From Candidatus Sumerlaeales bacterium (GTDB lineage Bacteria; Sumerlaeota; Sumerlaeia; Sumerlaeales; Sumerlaeaceae): a stretch of DNA of 64,000 nucleotides. The number at the start of each line of letters is the position of its first letter. The stretch's first letter is position 1. The position numbers and the translations under genes were made by a program. The notes under the pieces are model-generated. The model was given only the letters and a program-made list of their open reading frames with translations. It had not been told where the DNA came from and did not search any database. The stretch spans positions 9,098 to 73,097 of the forward strand of contig JBBSQY010000013.1 of NCBI GenBank assembly GCA_038243585.1, given 5' to 3'. Positions 1 to 10,060 of the stretch are shown here, in pieces.

Positions 1-1
1 C

Positions 2-547
2 CACCAGGAAAATAAGGGACTTGGCCGTGCAATTATGACTGGCCTCCGTAGAGCAGTAGAGGCGTCTAGATCCGCTGATGATATTATCATCTGCATGGAC
101 GCCGACAACACCCATTCCCCCGACTACATACCACTGATGACTAACAAGGTATGGCGTCAAGGCTATGATATTGTGATAGCGAGCCGCTATCAGCCTGGAA
201 GCCAGGAAGTTGGCGTTCCGCTATTTCGACTTCTACTCAGCCGAACAGCCCGCTACGTTTTCCAGACAATTCTACGTCTGCCAGGTGTCCGCGATTATAC
301 GTGTGGATTCCGCGCCTATCATGCCGGCCTGATAAGTGATGCACTTGCAAAACATGGCGATGGACTAATACAGCGAGAAGGGTTTGCCTGTACAGATGAG
401 CTATTAGTGCGCTTGAGCCGCATAACTCAGCGCATCACAGAAGTGCCCTTTGTACTGCGGTACGATCAAAAGCGTAGCCGCAGCAAACTTCCCTTGTTTA
501 AAACCATATGGGAAACGCTAAAATTACTGAAGGAATCAAGGATGTAG
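2..547 (+). CDS. Glycosyltransferase family 2, polyprenol-phosphate mannosyl/glucosyl-transferase-like (5' end cut by window edge)
   Basis: The frame is open from base 2 (HQENKGLGRAIMTG...). Motifs ENKGLGRAI, ICMDADNTH (DxD-type) and RDYTCGFRAY are typical of Dpm1/ArnC-like GT2 enzymes. Track ORF 35..547 is only the Met-initiated part. Confidence 0.8.
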   Translation, partial: HQENKGLGRAIMTGLRRAVEASRSADDIIICMDADNTHSPDYIPLMTNKVWRQGYDIVIASRYQPGSQEVGVPLFRLLLSRTARYVFQTILRLPGVRDYTCGFRAYHAGLISDALAKHGDGLIQREGFACTDELLVRLSRITQRITEVPFVLRYDQKRSRSKLPLFKTIWETLKLLKESRM

Positions 548-590
548 TATTCGAATTTTTCACGCAGCAGTGGTGCGTAAAGCCACTCAA

Positions 591-1406
591 CTACTCAATT
601 AGCCCCGTCTCTTTCTTCAACGCCTTCACTTCATTTTGCTTAAGCACGCGATAGCTGCCCGGTTTCATATCGCCCAGTTCTATTTTTCCTTCCCGCACCC
701 GCATAAGCCGCCGCACATCCAGCCCTACAGCTTCGCACATACGCCTAACCTGGCGTTTACGCCCTTCTTTTAAAACAACTCCCATTACAGTAACTGGCGC
801 ACCGTTCTCACCCGCTCCCTCACGGACCTCACGCACCCACACCCGCGCTGGCAAGGTTATCTGACCTTCTATGTCGATGCCGTCGCGCATGTCCTGAATG
901 TCTTCGTCTCGAGGCCTGCCATTCACTGTGACCTGATACTCTTTTTCGATCTCGTATTTTGGATGAGTCAGCCGGTAGATTAAGTCCCCATCATTCGTAA
1001 ACAGCAAAAGCCCTTCAGAATCACGGTCAAGACGCCCTACCGGGACCACTCGATCCCGCACGCCTTTTAGCAAATCCAGCACGGTTTTTCTTCCACCCGG
1101 ATCGTCTAGTGTGGTAATAAAACCCCGTGGCTTATTTAGCGCGAGATAAGTAAAGGATCGCGCTCGTGCCGACTGCACAGGCCTGCCATCCACTAACACC
1201 TTCGACCGCTTCGGATCAATGCGCATGCCCAGACTATCGGCCAGCACACCATCCACCATTACGCGCCGGGCATACACAATTTCTGCCGCGCCACGGCGAG
1301 AACACAGACCCGCCTCCGAAAGGAATTTCTGCAAACGGATAGTGTTTAGGTTCGTATCGTTTTCGGAAAGACCAAGGTCGTTCCGTTCAGGGAATTTTTT
1401 CTTCAT
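591..1406 (-). CDS. rluB: 23S/16S rRNA pseudouridine synthase, RsuA/RluB family
   Basis: N-terminal S4 domain (RLQKFLSEAGLCSRR). Catalytic motif VGRLDRDSEGLLLFTNDGDL. Length 271 aa. Confidence 0.85.
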   Translation of the reverse strand: MKKKFPERNDLGLSENDTNLNTIRLQKFLSEAGLCSRRGAAEIVYARRVMVDGVLADSLGMRIDPKRSKVLVDGRPVQSARARSFTYLALNKPRGFITTLDDPGGRKTVLDLLKGVRDRVVPVGRLDRDSEGLLLFTNDGDLIYRLTHPKYEIEKEYQVTVNGRPRDEDIQDMRDGIDIEGQITLPARVWVREVREGAGENGAPVTVMGVVLKEGRKRQVRRMCEAVGLDVRRLMRVREGKIELGDMKPGSYRVLKQNEVKALKKETGLIE

Positions 1407-1448
1407 AAGATTCCCGCCAACAAACCTCTGGATGTATAATCTATTTCT

Positions 1449-2471
1449 ATGAACCGTCTTTCTCCGGAACTGGAACGCTTTTTTAACGAATCACAGAGCC
1501 TTGTGGATGACACCTTACGTAAGATTATTACGCCCCACAAGCATCGCATTGCAAACCTCGACGACGGCCTTGCCTATTCCCTTGGCTTGGATCCCGAAGG
1601 CTCGGATTCCGGAAAACGTATTCGACCCCTGCTTTGTCTTTTAGTATGCCGGGAACTCAGCGGAAACTCACGTCCTGCCCTCCCTTTCGCGGCCGCAATA
1701 GAACTGATGCACAATTTTTGCCTAGTACACGACGATATTGAAGATGGAGACGAAATGCGTCGCGGGCGTCCCTCCGTTTGGAAAAAATACGGCTTGCCCC
1801 ACGCCATAAACATCGGAGACTACCTATTCACCAAGGTTTTTGAAGCTCTGCTTTTAGATAGCTACAGTATGCCGCCCGACCGTCAGGTCCGACTGTTCGA
1901 GTTGATGCGCTCGACTTTGGATCATACTCACCGGGGGCAGGCTCTCGACATGAATGCTCGTGAATCTCGGATTACCGTTGATGATTACATGCATTTAGTT
2001 ACTGAAAAAACAGGACATTATCTGGCCGCGCCGATGATCGCTGGCGGCATCTGTGCGGATGCAGGGGCATATGTGACTGCCGCCCTTGGCACTTTCGGCC
2101 TCATGATTGGCCCAATGTTTCAGATTCGGGACGACGTAATCGATCTAACCCATGGCAAGGGACGCGGCTCCATCGGTAATGACATTCGAGAAGGAAAACG
2201 CAGTTTTCTGGTAGCTCATGCCTCAGAAAACGCTGACCCAGTGGATAAAGATAGCCTTATGGTTATTCTCGATCTGCCGCGCAACGATACCACGGACGCC
2301 GATATTCAAGCAGTCCTCGCCATATTCGAAAAGTGCGGTGCAATGCGGGCGGCGGATGCGCGATGCGAGGAACTAAAGCAAAAAGCTGTAATCGCCCTTC
2401 AACCGCTACCGGTCAACCTTCGTGAGCGGTTGCTTGAAGTCACAGAGTATCTTACAGCACGCACAGTATAA
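1449..2471 (+). CDS. Polyprenyl diphosphate synthase (geranylgeranyl/farnesyl-PP synthase family)
   Basis: First and second Asp-rich motifs are present: LVHDDIEDGDEMRRGRP and FQIRDDVIDL. Length 340 aa. Confidence 0.88.
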   Translation: MNRLSPELERFFNESQSLVDDTLRKIITPHKHRIANLDDGLAYSLGLDPEGSDSGKRIRPLLCLLVCRELSGNSRPALPFAAAIELMHNFCLVHDDIEDGDEMRRGRPSVWKKYGLPHAINIGDYLFTKVFEALLLDSYSMPPDRQVRLFELMRSTLDHTHRGQALDMNARESRITVDDYMHLVTEKTGHYLAAPMIAGGICADAGAYVTAALGTFGLMIGPMFQIRDDVIDLTHGKGRGSIGNDIREGKRSFLVAHASENADPVDKDSLMVILDLPRNDTTDADIQAVLAIFEKCGAMRAADARCEELKQKAVIALQPLPVNLRERLLEVTEYLTARTV

Positions 2472-3075
2472 CGGCGGCATTTTGAACAAAACGGCTACAG
2501 CGCACGGTTGCGTCGGCTTGTTAGGCGGCAGTTTTAGCCCGCCCCACATGGGCCATGTACTTGCCTGCCACTACGCGCTTCTACGTTGGAACCTTCAAAA
2601 AGTAATAGTTCTACCCAGTTTCGCCCACCCGTTTGGCAAGCCCCTACCACCGTTTGAAGACCGCCTGGCCATGTGTCACTTGGCATTTATGCACTTACGT
2701 GATTACGTAGAACTAAGCGACGTCGAACGTCAAATGGGTGGCGTTAGTTACACAATTGATACTGTGCGAGAACTGACACGCCAGCATCCGTCAGCCAAAT
2801 TCCGTTTACTGGTAGGCGGCGATATACTTCCTGACACACAGAAATGGCGAGAGTTCGAAGAACTAATCAGCCTCGCCCCGCTGCTTGTAATTCCACGCAT
2901 TACTGACGGCGATATTCAGGGAGGTACAATATCTGAGGCCGCCCTTCCTGAAGTCAGTAGCACAAAAATCCGCCAAAATATTGCCTCCGGAGATACACCG
3001 TCGGGGGCCGTTCCTGCGCTCGTACTGGATTACATCTTACAGCACGGTCTTTACATGGATGAAGCTTTAAGGTAA
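2422..3075 (+). CDS. nadD: Nicotinate-nucleotide adenylyltransferase
   Basis: GLLGGSFSPPHMGH ((H/T)xGH nucleotidyltransferase motif) and SSTKIRQ (ISSTxxR-like). The 2422 start overlaps the upstream gene by 50 nt. In-frame TTG codons at 2482 or 2518 are more plausible true starts. Confidence 0.85.
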   Translation: MSGCLKSQSILQHAQYNGGILNKTATAHGCVGLLGGSFSPPHMGHVLACHYALLRWNLQKVIVLPSFAHPFGKPLPPFEDRLAMCHLAFMHLRDYVELSDVERQMGGVSYTIDTVRELTRQHPSAKFRLLVGGDILPDTQKWREFEELISLAPLLVIPRITDGDIQGGTISEAALPEVSSTKIRQNIASGDTPSGAVPALVLDYILQHGLYMDEALR

Positions 3076-3362
3076 ATATCTTGAGACTACACTCCCGCAT
3101 GCGCGTATCCAGCCAATCTGTGACCTATGACTCAGTACGTTGCTTAAGTATTTTCGGAAACATTTATCCATACTGGATATTAATTTTAGGCGGTCTACCA
3201 ATACTTGAGCGCGCATTAGTTCGAAACCACTACTTTAAGTCGTCTGCAATGGTTTAAACCTAAGCTTCTTGACAGCGTAGCAATAAACTTTCCCGTATGT
3301 TATAGCTCCGAAAAAATAGTTTCAAAACAGACAATAGATTACAATAGCACACGGAGGCTTAC

Positions 3363-5051
3363 ATGTCGGAAAAAGATGATTCAAAAAAACCGGTCGGTGA
3401 TAATGTCCTGACAACCCGTCAGGGCCATCCGGTGGCTAACAACCAGTCCCAGCGTACCATCGGAGACCGCGGCCCTGCTACGTTGGAAAATTACCATGTT
3501 CTAGAAAAAATCAGCCATTTTGATCGCGAACGAATCCCCGAACGCGTCGTCCACGCCCGCGGCTTTACGTGCTACGGAGAGTTTAAGGCGACCGGCATGA
3601 TTGGCGATGATCCGTCGTCGAAATATACACGGGCAAAGATTTTTGCAGAAAAGGGCAAGGTAACTCCTCTTGCTATCCGTTTCTCCACCGTTATCGGTGG
3701 GCGCGATTCGTCAGAAGTCGCTCGCGATCCCCGCGGATTTGCAGTTAAATTCTATACTGAGGACGGCAACTGGGATTTGGTCGGTAACAATCTTGCAATC
3801 TTCTTCATTCGCGATGCCATAAAATTTCCAGATGTGATTCACTCTCTGAAGCCAGATCCAATTACGTTCCGTCAGGAACCAAACCGTATATTCGATTTTA
3901 TGAGCCAGACTCCTGAATCTATGCATATGCTGACGCACCTATTTAGCCCCCGCGGCATCCCCGCCAGCTATAGGCACATGGAAGGCTTTGGCGTTAACAC
4001 TTATAAGATGATTAACGCGGAAGGAACGCCCGTACTGGTAAAATACCACTTCCATCCGCGCTGTGGGCTAGCCAGCTTAACCGCTGCTGAAGCTGAAAAA
4101 GTACAGGGTAAAGATCTTGGATCCGCGTCCAAAGATCTCTACGAGGCTATTGAGCGGAAAGATTTTCCCGAATGGGACCTGCTAGTTCAGATCATGGACG
4201 ATAGTTATCATCCAGAGCTCGAATGGGATCCGCTTGACGACACCAAAATTTGGCCAGAGGATCAGTTTCCCTTGCGTCACATAGGTGTCATGACACTTAA
4301 TCGGAATGTTTCTGACCATCACAACGAGAATGAGCAAATTGCCATGGGCACCGGCGTTCTCATAGATGGACTGGATTTTTCAGATGATAAAATGCTTATA
4401 GGACGGACATTTTCCTATTCGGATACACAGCGGTATCGGGTTGGGCCTAACTACCTGCAACTGCCGGTAAACCAGCCTCGAGGCTGTCCGTACACTAATC
4501 AGCGCGGCGGCCAGATGTCCTTCAGCACGGACCTCGCTCCGGGACAAAATCCTCATGTAAATTTTGAACCATCGATCCACAACGGACTAAAAACTGCGGA
4601 CCCCAAACCGAATCACCAGCCTGAGATCAAGGGTCAATTAACCCAGAGCGTTCTCGAACGGACGAACGATTACGAGCAGGCACGTGCCCGTTATTGCACA
4701 ATGATGGACTGGGAGCGTGATGATCTGGTGCTAAACATGGGAGGCTTACTTTCCCAGTGCGAGCGCGACGTGCAGGAGCGCATGCTTTGGCACTTTTTTA
4801 TGGTTCATGATGATTATGGCTCACGAGTTGGAAGTCACTTTAGCATGACTGCTGCCGATGTAAAACACTTGGATTTGTTACCAGGCCAGGTTTTTACGGC
4901 AAAGGAAAACACACGCCGAGAAAACCTTGGTAACAACAAGGACGCAATGGATCCGTCTGTCTGGGGCAAGCACACAAGCTCCGTGAAAAATTATCAAGCT
5001 TCCGCAGAAGAAGTTTTGGGCGGGATGCGTGATGTTCCTTGTAAGAACTAA
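3363..5051 (+). CDS. katA: Monofunctional heme catalase
   Basis: [15 protein letters not shown] (distal His), [12 protein letters not shown], and [14 protein letters not shown] (proximal Tyr region). GGAGG Shine-Dalgarno sits 6 nt upstream of the ATG. Confidence 0.95.
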   Translation: MSEKDDSKKPVGDNVLTTRQGHPVANNQSQRTIGDRGPATLENYHVLEKISHFDRERIPERVVHARGFTCYGEFKATGMIGDDPSSKYTRAKIFAEKGKVTPLAIRFSTVIGGRDSSEVARDPRGFAVKFYTEDGNWDLVGNNLAIFFIRDAIKFPDVIHSLKPDPITFRQEPNRIFDFMSQTPESMHMLTHLFSPRGIPASYRHMEGFGVNTYKMINAEGTPVLVKYHFHPRCGLASLTAAEAEKVQGKDLGSASKDLYEAIERKDFPEWDLLVQIMDDSYHPELEWDPLDDTKIWPEDQFPLRHIGVMTLNRNVSDHHNENEQIAMGTGVLIDGLDFSDDKMLIGRTFSYSDTQRYRVGPNYLQLPVNQPRGCPYTNQRGGQMSFSTDLAPGQNPHVNFEPSIHNGLKTADPKPNHQPEIKGQLTQSVLERTNDYEQARARYCTMMDWERDDLVLNMGGLLSQCERDVQERMLWHFFMVHDDYGSRVGSHFSMTAADVKHLDLLPGQVFTAKENTRRENLGNNKDAMDPSVWGKHTSSVKNYQASAEEVLGGMRDVPCKN

Positions 5052-5087
5052 TTAGCCACACGAAATAATACCGTATTGCAAATTAAC

Positions 5088-5135
5088 GGGGCAAGATCTG
5101 GCAATTAGTCGCCAGGTCTTGTCCCATAGTTTTTG
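5088..5135 (+). terminator. Rho-independent terminator after catalase
   Basis: 15-bp stem GGGGCAAGATCTGGC / GCCAGGTCTTGTCCC with two G-U pairs and an 8-nt loop, followed by ATAGTTTTTGG. Confidence 0.7.
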
Positions 5136-5301
5136 GTTCTCCATCTTTTGCCTGACATACTAGCGAATTTTAAAGTGGTCAGTCACATTTCACGTTCCCA
5201 ACTACCAAGACTTTCCGAGTACTAGGAATACAGAGTGTACGATAAACACATCTGAGTTACGAAGGATAGTAGATGCGGCGGTGTAATTCCACAATGCTGC
5301 C

Positions 5302-7479
5302 TTACCTGGTTCTAGTCCAAACTCTCGTGCTGGATACTTTATCATCTACCGCTTTAACCTCTGACGCATTAGCTTCCTGGAGGTGCCACTCGTCTTCCAC
5401 ACTTACATTTAAATGGCCTAATCCTGGCTTTTTGGAAAGTCCTAAGACTGTAAGAGTCTGGCTGGTCGCTATAATTGACACCGTATGCCCTCGTACCTGA
5501 ATGTTATTAATGGAAAGTGAAGGCCACGCCATCGGAAGGTTTGGCTTTAAAGCAATGCCATTAGCTGTTGGGGAGAAGCCAAGGAAGCCTTCGAGCATTA
5601 CATGGGGAACCATGACGCTTTCAAAAAACTCGTTGTCCATACCTAATCCGCCGGGAGGGCCGCCGCCCTGCAGGGTGCCTTCATGGGTTTCCCCGTCGTA
5701 ATATTCGCGGTATCCGCCTTCCGCCATAACTTCCCTATACCATTCGAGAATAGTATCAAGGCGCTTAGCGGCGTCGTTCGGGCCGTACGTCTTAAGCCTA
5801 GCCATTATGTCGTGATAAGAGAAGCCAAGCACTGCTCCCCCATCCTGCACCTGATTTCCAAAAGGGATAGAATCAGCACCATGCCAGTACCAGCCGTAGT
5901 GGCTGATGTTGCGGCGGGTGCTGGCGCGCGGTGCAAATCGCCAGTGATAGATGTCAGTCGTTTGAGAGGTATCATCGGCGACTTCGCGCTTTCCGCTTAT
6001 CCAATCGAGAATTGACATGGCGTGGTCGCTGGTGGCAAATCCGTAATATATGGCTTCAAGGTTTACAAATGTATAGCCGAAATCCGCTTGGCCTCCGGCG
6101 GAGTCAATACCAAGAGTAAAGCGTCCGGTGACGTCATTCCAGAACAGAAGGTTTCCGTTTTCTTTTCCCATCGCGGCCTGCCTCCGCCAGTGATCAGCAG
6201 AACGCGCAAGTGGTGATGGAGCGATATTCCAACCGGGATTCTTCGCTACTTCCTCCTCAATTGCAGCCATCTTGAGTGCGGCACCGTAATGGCGAATAGT
6301 GGCATAAGAATCCTGTCTGCCAAACGGCAATAGGTCCCAGTAGTTATTGCCAATCCCCATTCCGCCTTGCGGTTTTGGTTTTCCATTATGATCGCGAAGG
6401 ACTCCAGTAAGTCCTTCGTGACCGACCCATGGAACTGTGACAATTCCGTCTTTATCTGTTCCAAACTCTGTCTCCATAAACCGCATGGCTAGTCGAATAC
6501 GTTCTATATTGTCGCGCAGGAAATTCAGGTCACCAGTCCAATAGAAATAATCAATGCAGGCCGAAACGAAGCTGGGGTTATTTACATTATGGCGAGTATC
6601 GTACTGCGCAAACAGCGCCTGAATGGTGACCAACCCGCCCGAAGTTGGATTATCGATACCAAAACGGAGACTAGTAATAACGCCTCTCCATTTAGGATGA
6701 CGGTAAACCGGGACCATCGTGTATTCAACTGCTCCGTTGGTTGGAGGGTCGAAATAAAAACGTCGTTCGGCAGCAAAGTCGGGAGCAGCGTCGGTAGTCC
6801 ACTCAAGATATGGTGTGGCAGTGGCAGGCAGACCCTCGGCACGCCATCGAATTTGGACAAAAGGCGCTTCATGTGAATTGCTTGTAAAAGGTGGCGGGGA
6901 AATAAGGGCATCGGCAGTAGTAAGCCGCAGCGTCCAGCCTTCTTCCTGAAGGCCTAAAGATTCCGTCCCGGTGGTTTTCCAATCTTCCGGCGTGGCAATG
7001 GAATTTGGTCGCCAGGTCGGGCCAACAGTTTTATGAAACGAAAAATGCCAGCCAAAACTCTTAGCGCTTTGATTCCAAAATGGAAACGGCCAGCCACGCT
7101 GATGGGCAATAGATCCGTGTTGATGGGTAGCGACATAACCATCTAAATCAATGTGACGCTCCAGCAAGGTATCGCGCCAGGCGGTTGCGGCTTCATCGGC
7201 GCGAGTTGCTGGCCAAAGTGAAGGCGGCAGCAGCCATTCATCCCATAACGTAGCCTTTGGAGCCGGGCCGTAATGCTGGTAGAAGAAATCTCGCAGCGCA
7301 AGGGACTCATCCGGATGATTTATAATATTAAAACTTGGAAAATCCTCAGGAATAGCAGTTCCCCGGGCAGAAAGAGTATCGGAACTGGCTGCCGATACTG
7401 CCGGATATAAGAACAGGGTCAGTGCCAACCTACGGACCAGGTTTACAACAGTTCTGAAAACGACCGTACTGTTCGGCAT
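5302..7479 (-). CDS. Exported hypothetical protein, possibly a six-hairpin glycosidase-like fold
   Basis: Long uninterrupted 725-aa ORF with an N-terminal signal-like segment (LALTLFLYPAVSAAS). It is Trp/Tyr-rich, like carbohydrate-active enzymes. I recognise no diagnostic motif, so the function call is weak. Confidence 0.55.
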   Translation of the reverse strand: MPNSTVVFRTVVNLVRRLALTLFLYPAVSAASSDTLSARGTAIPEDFPSFNIINHPDESLALRDFFYQHYGPAPKATLWDEWLLPPSLWPATRADEAATAWRDTLLERHIDLDGYVATHQHGSIAHQRGWPFPFWNQSAKSFGWHFSFHKTVGPTWRPNSIATPEDWKTTGTESLGLQEEGWTLRLTTADALISPPPFTSNSHEAPFVQIRWRAEGLPATATPYLEWTTDAAPDFAAERRFYFDPPTNGAVEYTMVPVYRHPKWRGVITSLRFGIDNPTSGGLVTIQALFAQYDTRHNVNNPSFVSACIDYFYWTGDLNFLRDNIERIRLAMRFMETEFGTDKDGIVTVPWVGHEGLTGVLRDHNGKPKPQGGMGIGNNYWDLLPFGRQDSYATIRHYGAALKMAAIEEEVAKNPGWNIAPSPLARSADHWRRQAAMGKENGNLLFWNDVTGRFTLGIDSAGGQADFGYTFVNLEAIYYGFATSDHAMSILDWISGKREVADDTSQTTDIYHWRFAPRASTRRNISHYGWYWHGADSIPFGNQVQDGGAVLGFSYHDIMARLKTYGPNDAAKRLDTILEWYREVMAEGGYREYYDGETHEGTLQGGGPPGGLGMDNEFFESVMVPHVMLEGFLGFSPTANGIALKPNLPMAWPSLSINNIQVRGHTVSIIATSQTLTVLGLSKKPGLGHLNVSVEDEWHLQEANASEVKAVDDKVSSTRVWTRTR

Positions 7480-7487
7480 TTGGAGTT

Positions 7488-8537
7488 CTACTTCACTCCT
7501 GCCAATTTCTGGACAGGTTTTGCCTTAACCATATCTTTAACCAGAAATGATTTTAAAAACTTTGCTGCCTCTTCCGGTGCGGTTGGGTTGATAAAAAAAC
7601 CAGTTCCCCACTCAAATCCGGCGCTTCGGGTAAGCTTGGGCGTAATTTCCATATGCCAGTGGTAATAGGGAACATTACCTGTTCCATCATACGGCGTTGA
7701 GTGAATAACAAAGTTATAAGCAGGATCATTGAGAGCCATCTTCATCAAAGAAAGTGTGGTCTTCATGATCCGCGAAAAATCCTGCACCTGGTTCTTTTGA
7801 ATTTGGTCAAAGAAACTACTATGTTCTTTTGGAACAATCCAGGTTTCAAACGGAGATCGACTGGCAAAAGGCATAAAACTGACGAACATGTCGCTTTCCA
7901 CTAGCAGCCTCTCGTTTCCTTTCAGCTCCTGTTGAATCATATCGCAATAGCAACAGCGTTCTTTATACTCAAAATATCTATGCGCCCCGGCCAGCTCTTC
8001 CTGCACTAGTTTCGGCACAATGGGCAGAGCAATGATTTGGCAGTGGGGATGGTCCTGACTGGCTCCGGCTTCGCTGCCCCAATTTTTAAATACCAGTATG
8101 TAGCGGACGTGCGCGTCTTTTTGGAGGTCTACACAACGATCGCGCATTGCCCAGATAATTTCCTGAATCTGTTCGACGCTGAGATCCGCAAATGTATGTT
8201 CATGATCCGGCGATTCTATAAGTACTTCGTGGGTGCCGTAACCAGTGATGCGATCATACATACCCTCCCCGCTGCGCTTCAGCGGCCCTTCCGGACGCAA
8301 AGCTGGGAATTTATTGGGTATTGCCCGTAGCCACCAGCCTTCCGAATCCTTTTGCGTGCTGGTTGGGCGATAACTTAGGACTTCTGGCGGAGTGCTTTCC
8401 TCGTTGCCTGGGCAGAAGGGGCAAAACCCTCCTTTTTTTTCTCCATCGGCGCGAGTAAATTGGTCCGGCCGATTGGCGCGCTCTGTCGCAATAATAACCC
8501 ATTGATTGGTAACGGGATCTTTTCGCAGTTCAGGCAT
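7488..8537 (-). CDS. galT: Galactose-1-phosphate uridylyltransferase (HIT superfamily, GalT family)
   Basis: Zn-site CPFCPGNE and active-site HPHCQI (HxHxQ). Length 349 aa. Confidence 0.88.
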   Translation of the reverse strand: MPELRKDPVTNQWVIIATERANRPDQFTRADGEKKGGFCPFCPGNEESTPPEVLSYRPTSTQKDSEGWWLRAIPNKFPALRPEGPLKRSGEGMYDRITGYGTHEVLIESPDHEHTFADLSVEQIQEIIWAMRDRCVDLQKDAHVRYILVFKNWGSEAGASQDHPHCQIIALPIVPKLVQEELAGAHRYFEYKERCCYCDMIQQELKGNERLLVESDMFVSFMPFASRSPFETWIVPKEHSSFFDQIQKNQVQDFSRIMKTTLSLMKMALNDPAYNFVIHSTPYDGTGNVPYYHWHMEITPKLTRSAGFEWGTGFFINPTAPEEAAKFLKSFLVKDMVKAKPVQKLAGVK

Positions 8538-8677
8538 GATATAGGAACCTCTGCATTAGTGGAAGACCATTGCTTAATTTGATATCACAAAAATGGATAT
8601 CAAGATAAGCATGATTTGAGTTCTAGCTAATAATTATAGCATCATCAACCCAGTATGAACAGCTGTCGCCGAACTTT

Positions 8678-9853
8678 TTACGGAGTTGTTAGATCGAGTT
8701 TTGTGGGAGATGCGGGCGCCGGTGATACAGCACCGGGATTTCCAACAACTGTTTCAGTGTGTGCTTCTTCAATCAGTTTCGTTATCTCGTCCACGGGCGG
8801 AATCGTCTGCAACACTTCGATATGCTTATTCCAGGTCGAGACGACGTTATTATCTTTCAATTCCATATAGAGTGTGCCTAACTGGCGACCTTCATACCCG
8901 CCGCTTACGACCTGAATACCGTTCAGTGCTTGGACACTGCCCTGAATCTGGCTATTTTCACCTAGAATAATTACATCCACAAGGCTTTTGTCCTCAACCC
9001 CAGCAATCAGCTTTTCCACATTGCCGCGCCGATCATAATTAAGAACGACCACAAAATCGGACTTCTGCTTTAGTTCCGGAAGATATTTGTTAACTGCCGC
9101 AATGGGATCCGAAATCGACAAGGTATCACTGGAGTTGGCTGACCCGGAAGCTATTGAGGATGCCTGTCCCGCTGGCGCGCCGCTTAGTTCGACTCGTGGA
9201 CGAGTAATCCCTAAAACGCCAACTCGAATTGACTGTCCGTTCGTCATCGTCACCTCGGATACGACATATGGCTCAAAAACAAGAGTACCTGTTGAATCCG
9301 CTATATTAGATGAAACAAGCTTCACTCCCGCCTCTTCCGCCGTTTTTTTAAGTTCAGCGGGCGTAATTGTGAGATCTGTAAATCCTACGTTTACGACGTC
9401 GTAGCCAATTTTTCCCAAGCCTTTAAGGAGAATTTTCGACTGCTCAACGGTCTTCTGATCGGGCATGTCTCGTATAAAGCCACCTGCGTCCAATTGTATA
9501 GCGGGAATTTTCAGCTCATCGATTCTCTTAATGAGCCGTGCTTCTTTATCGAGTCCACCAAGTTGATGAGTTACACAGCCGCAGGGATCAACCTGAGACC
9601 GGCGGAATCCGCCGTAGGCAATAGCAAGAACCTCTGATGTGCGGGCTAGAAACTGCGAAGGAATGAGAAGTTCATCCAGCTTTTCCACCGTAAGGGGCTC
9701 AGCTTTCGGTGCCGGGGTTGGCGTGGGAGGAAATGCAATGGCCGGACGGGCTGAAGTGGTATTGTTGCTTGCTGCGTTATTCTGAGCTAAGCTTATACCG
9801 GCTGAGACCATAACCATCAGTCCAGCCAAGATGCTCCACTGGTTATTTATCAT
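8678..9853 (-). CDS. Exported metallophosphatase/5'-nucleotidase-like protein with degenerate metal site (probable pseudo-enzyme)
   Basis: Signal peptide followed by a Pro/Thr linker. The layout parallels UshA-type N-terminal domains, but AYGGFRR replaces DxHG, DAGGFIRD replaces DxGDxxxG, and GFTDL replaces GNHEF. It carries a DPCGC motif. Confidence 0.5.
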   Translation of the reverse strand: MINNQWSILAGLMVMVSAGISLAQNNAASNNTTSARPAIAFPPTPTPAPKAEPLTVEKLDELLIPSQFLARTSEVLAIAYGGFRRSQVDPCGCVTHQLGGLDKEARLIKRIDELKIPAIQLDAGGFIRDMPDQKTVEQSKILLKGLGKIGYDVVNVGFTDLTITPAELKKTAEEAGVKLVSSNIADSTGTLVFEPYVVSEVTMTNGQSIRVGVLGITRPRVELSGAPAGQASSIASGSANSSDTLSISDPIAAVNKYLPELKQKSDFVVVLNYDRRGNVEKLIAGVEDKSLVDVIILGENSQIQGSVQALNGIQVVSGGYEGRQLGTLYMELKDNNVVSTWNKHIEVLQTIPPVDEITKLIEEAHTETVVGNPGAVSPAPASPTKLDLTTP

Positions 9854-10060
9854 GTTTCGGATTCCTGATTTTTAAGATATGTATTAAAATTGACGCAGGG
9901 AACTACACTGTCAAACCTGATAACTTAATATATACCAAAAAGTGTAAAAGCGGCAATCAACGATATTGAGCTTAATAAACGAAACCGCATTTGACACAAC
10001 TGATGCGGTAGTTGGAAAAAAGCAAAAGCAACAAAACCAGATGCGGAAAAAATCTTTGTA

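Noticed and set aside
8433-8440. A8/T8 homopolymer inside galT as a possible phase-variation tract
   Set aside because: It lies mid-gene in a housekeeping enzyme, where it encodes the conserved-looking EKKGG. There is no reason to expect switching, unlike the T9 tract at the 5' end of the surface-protein gene.
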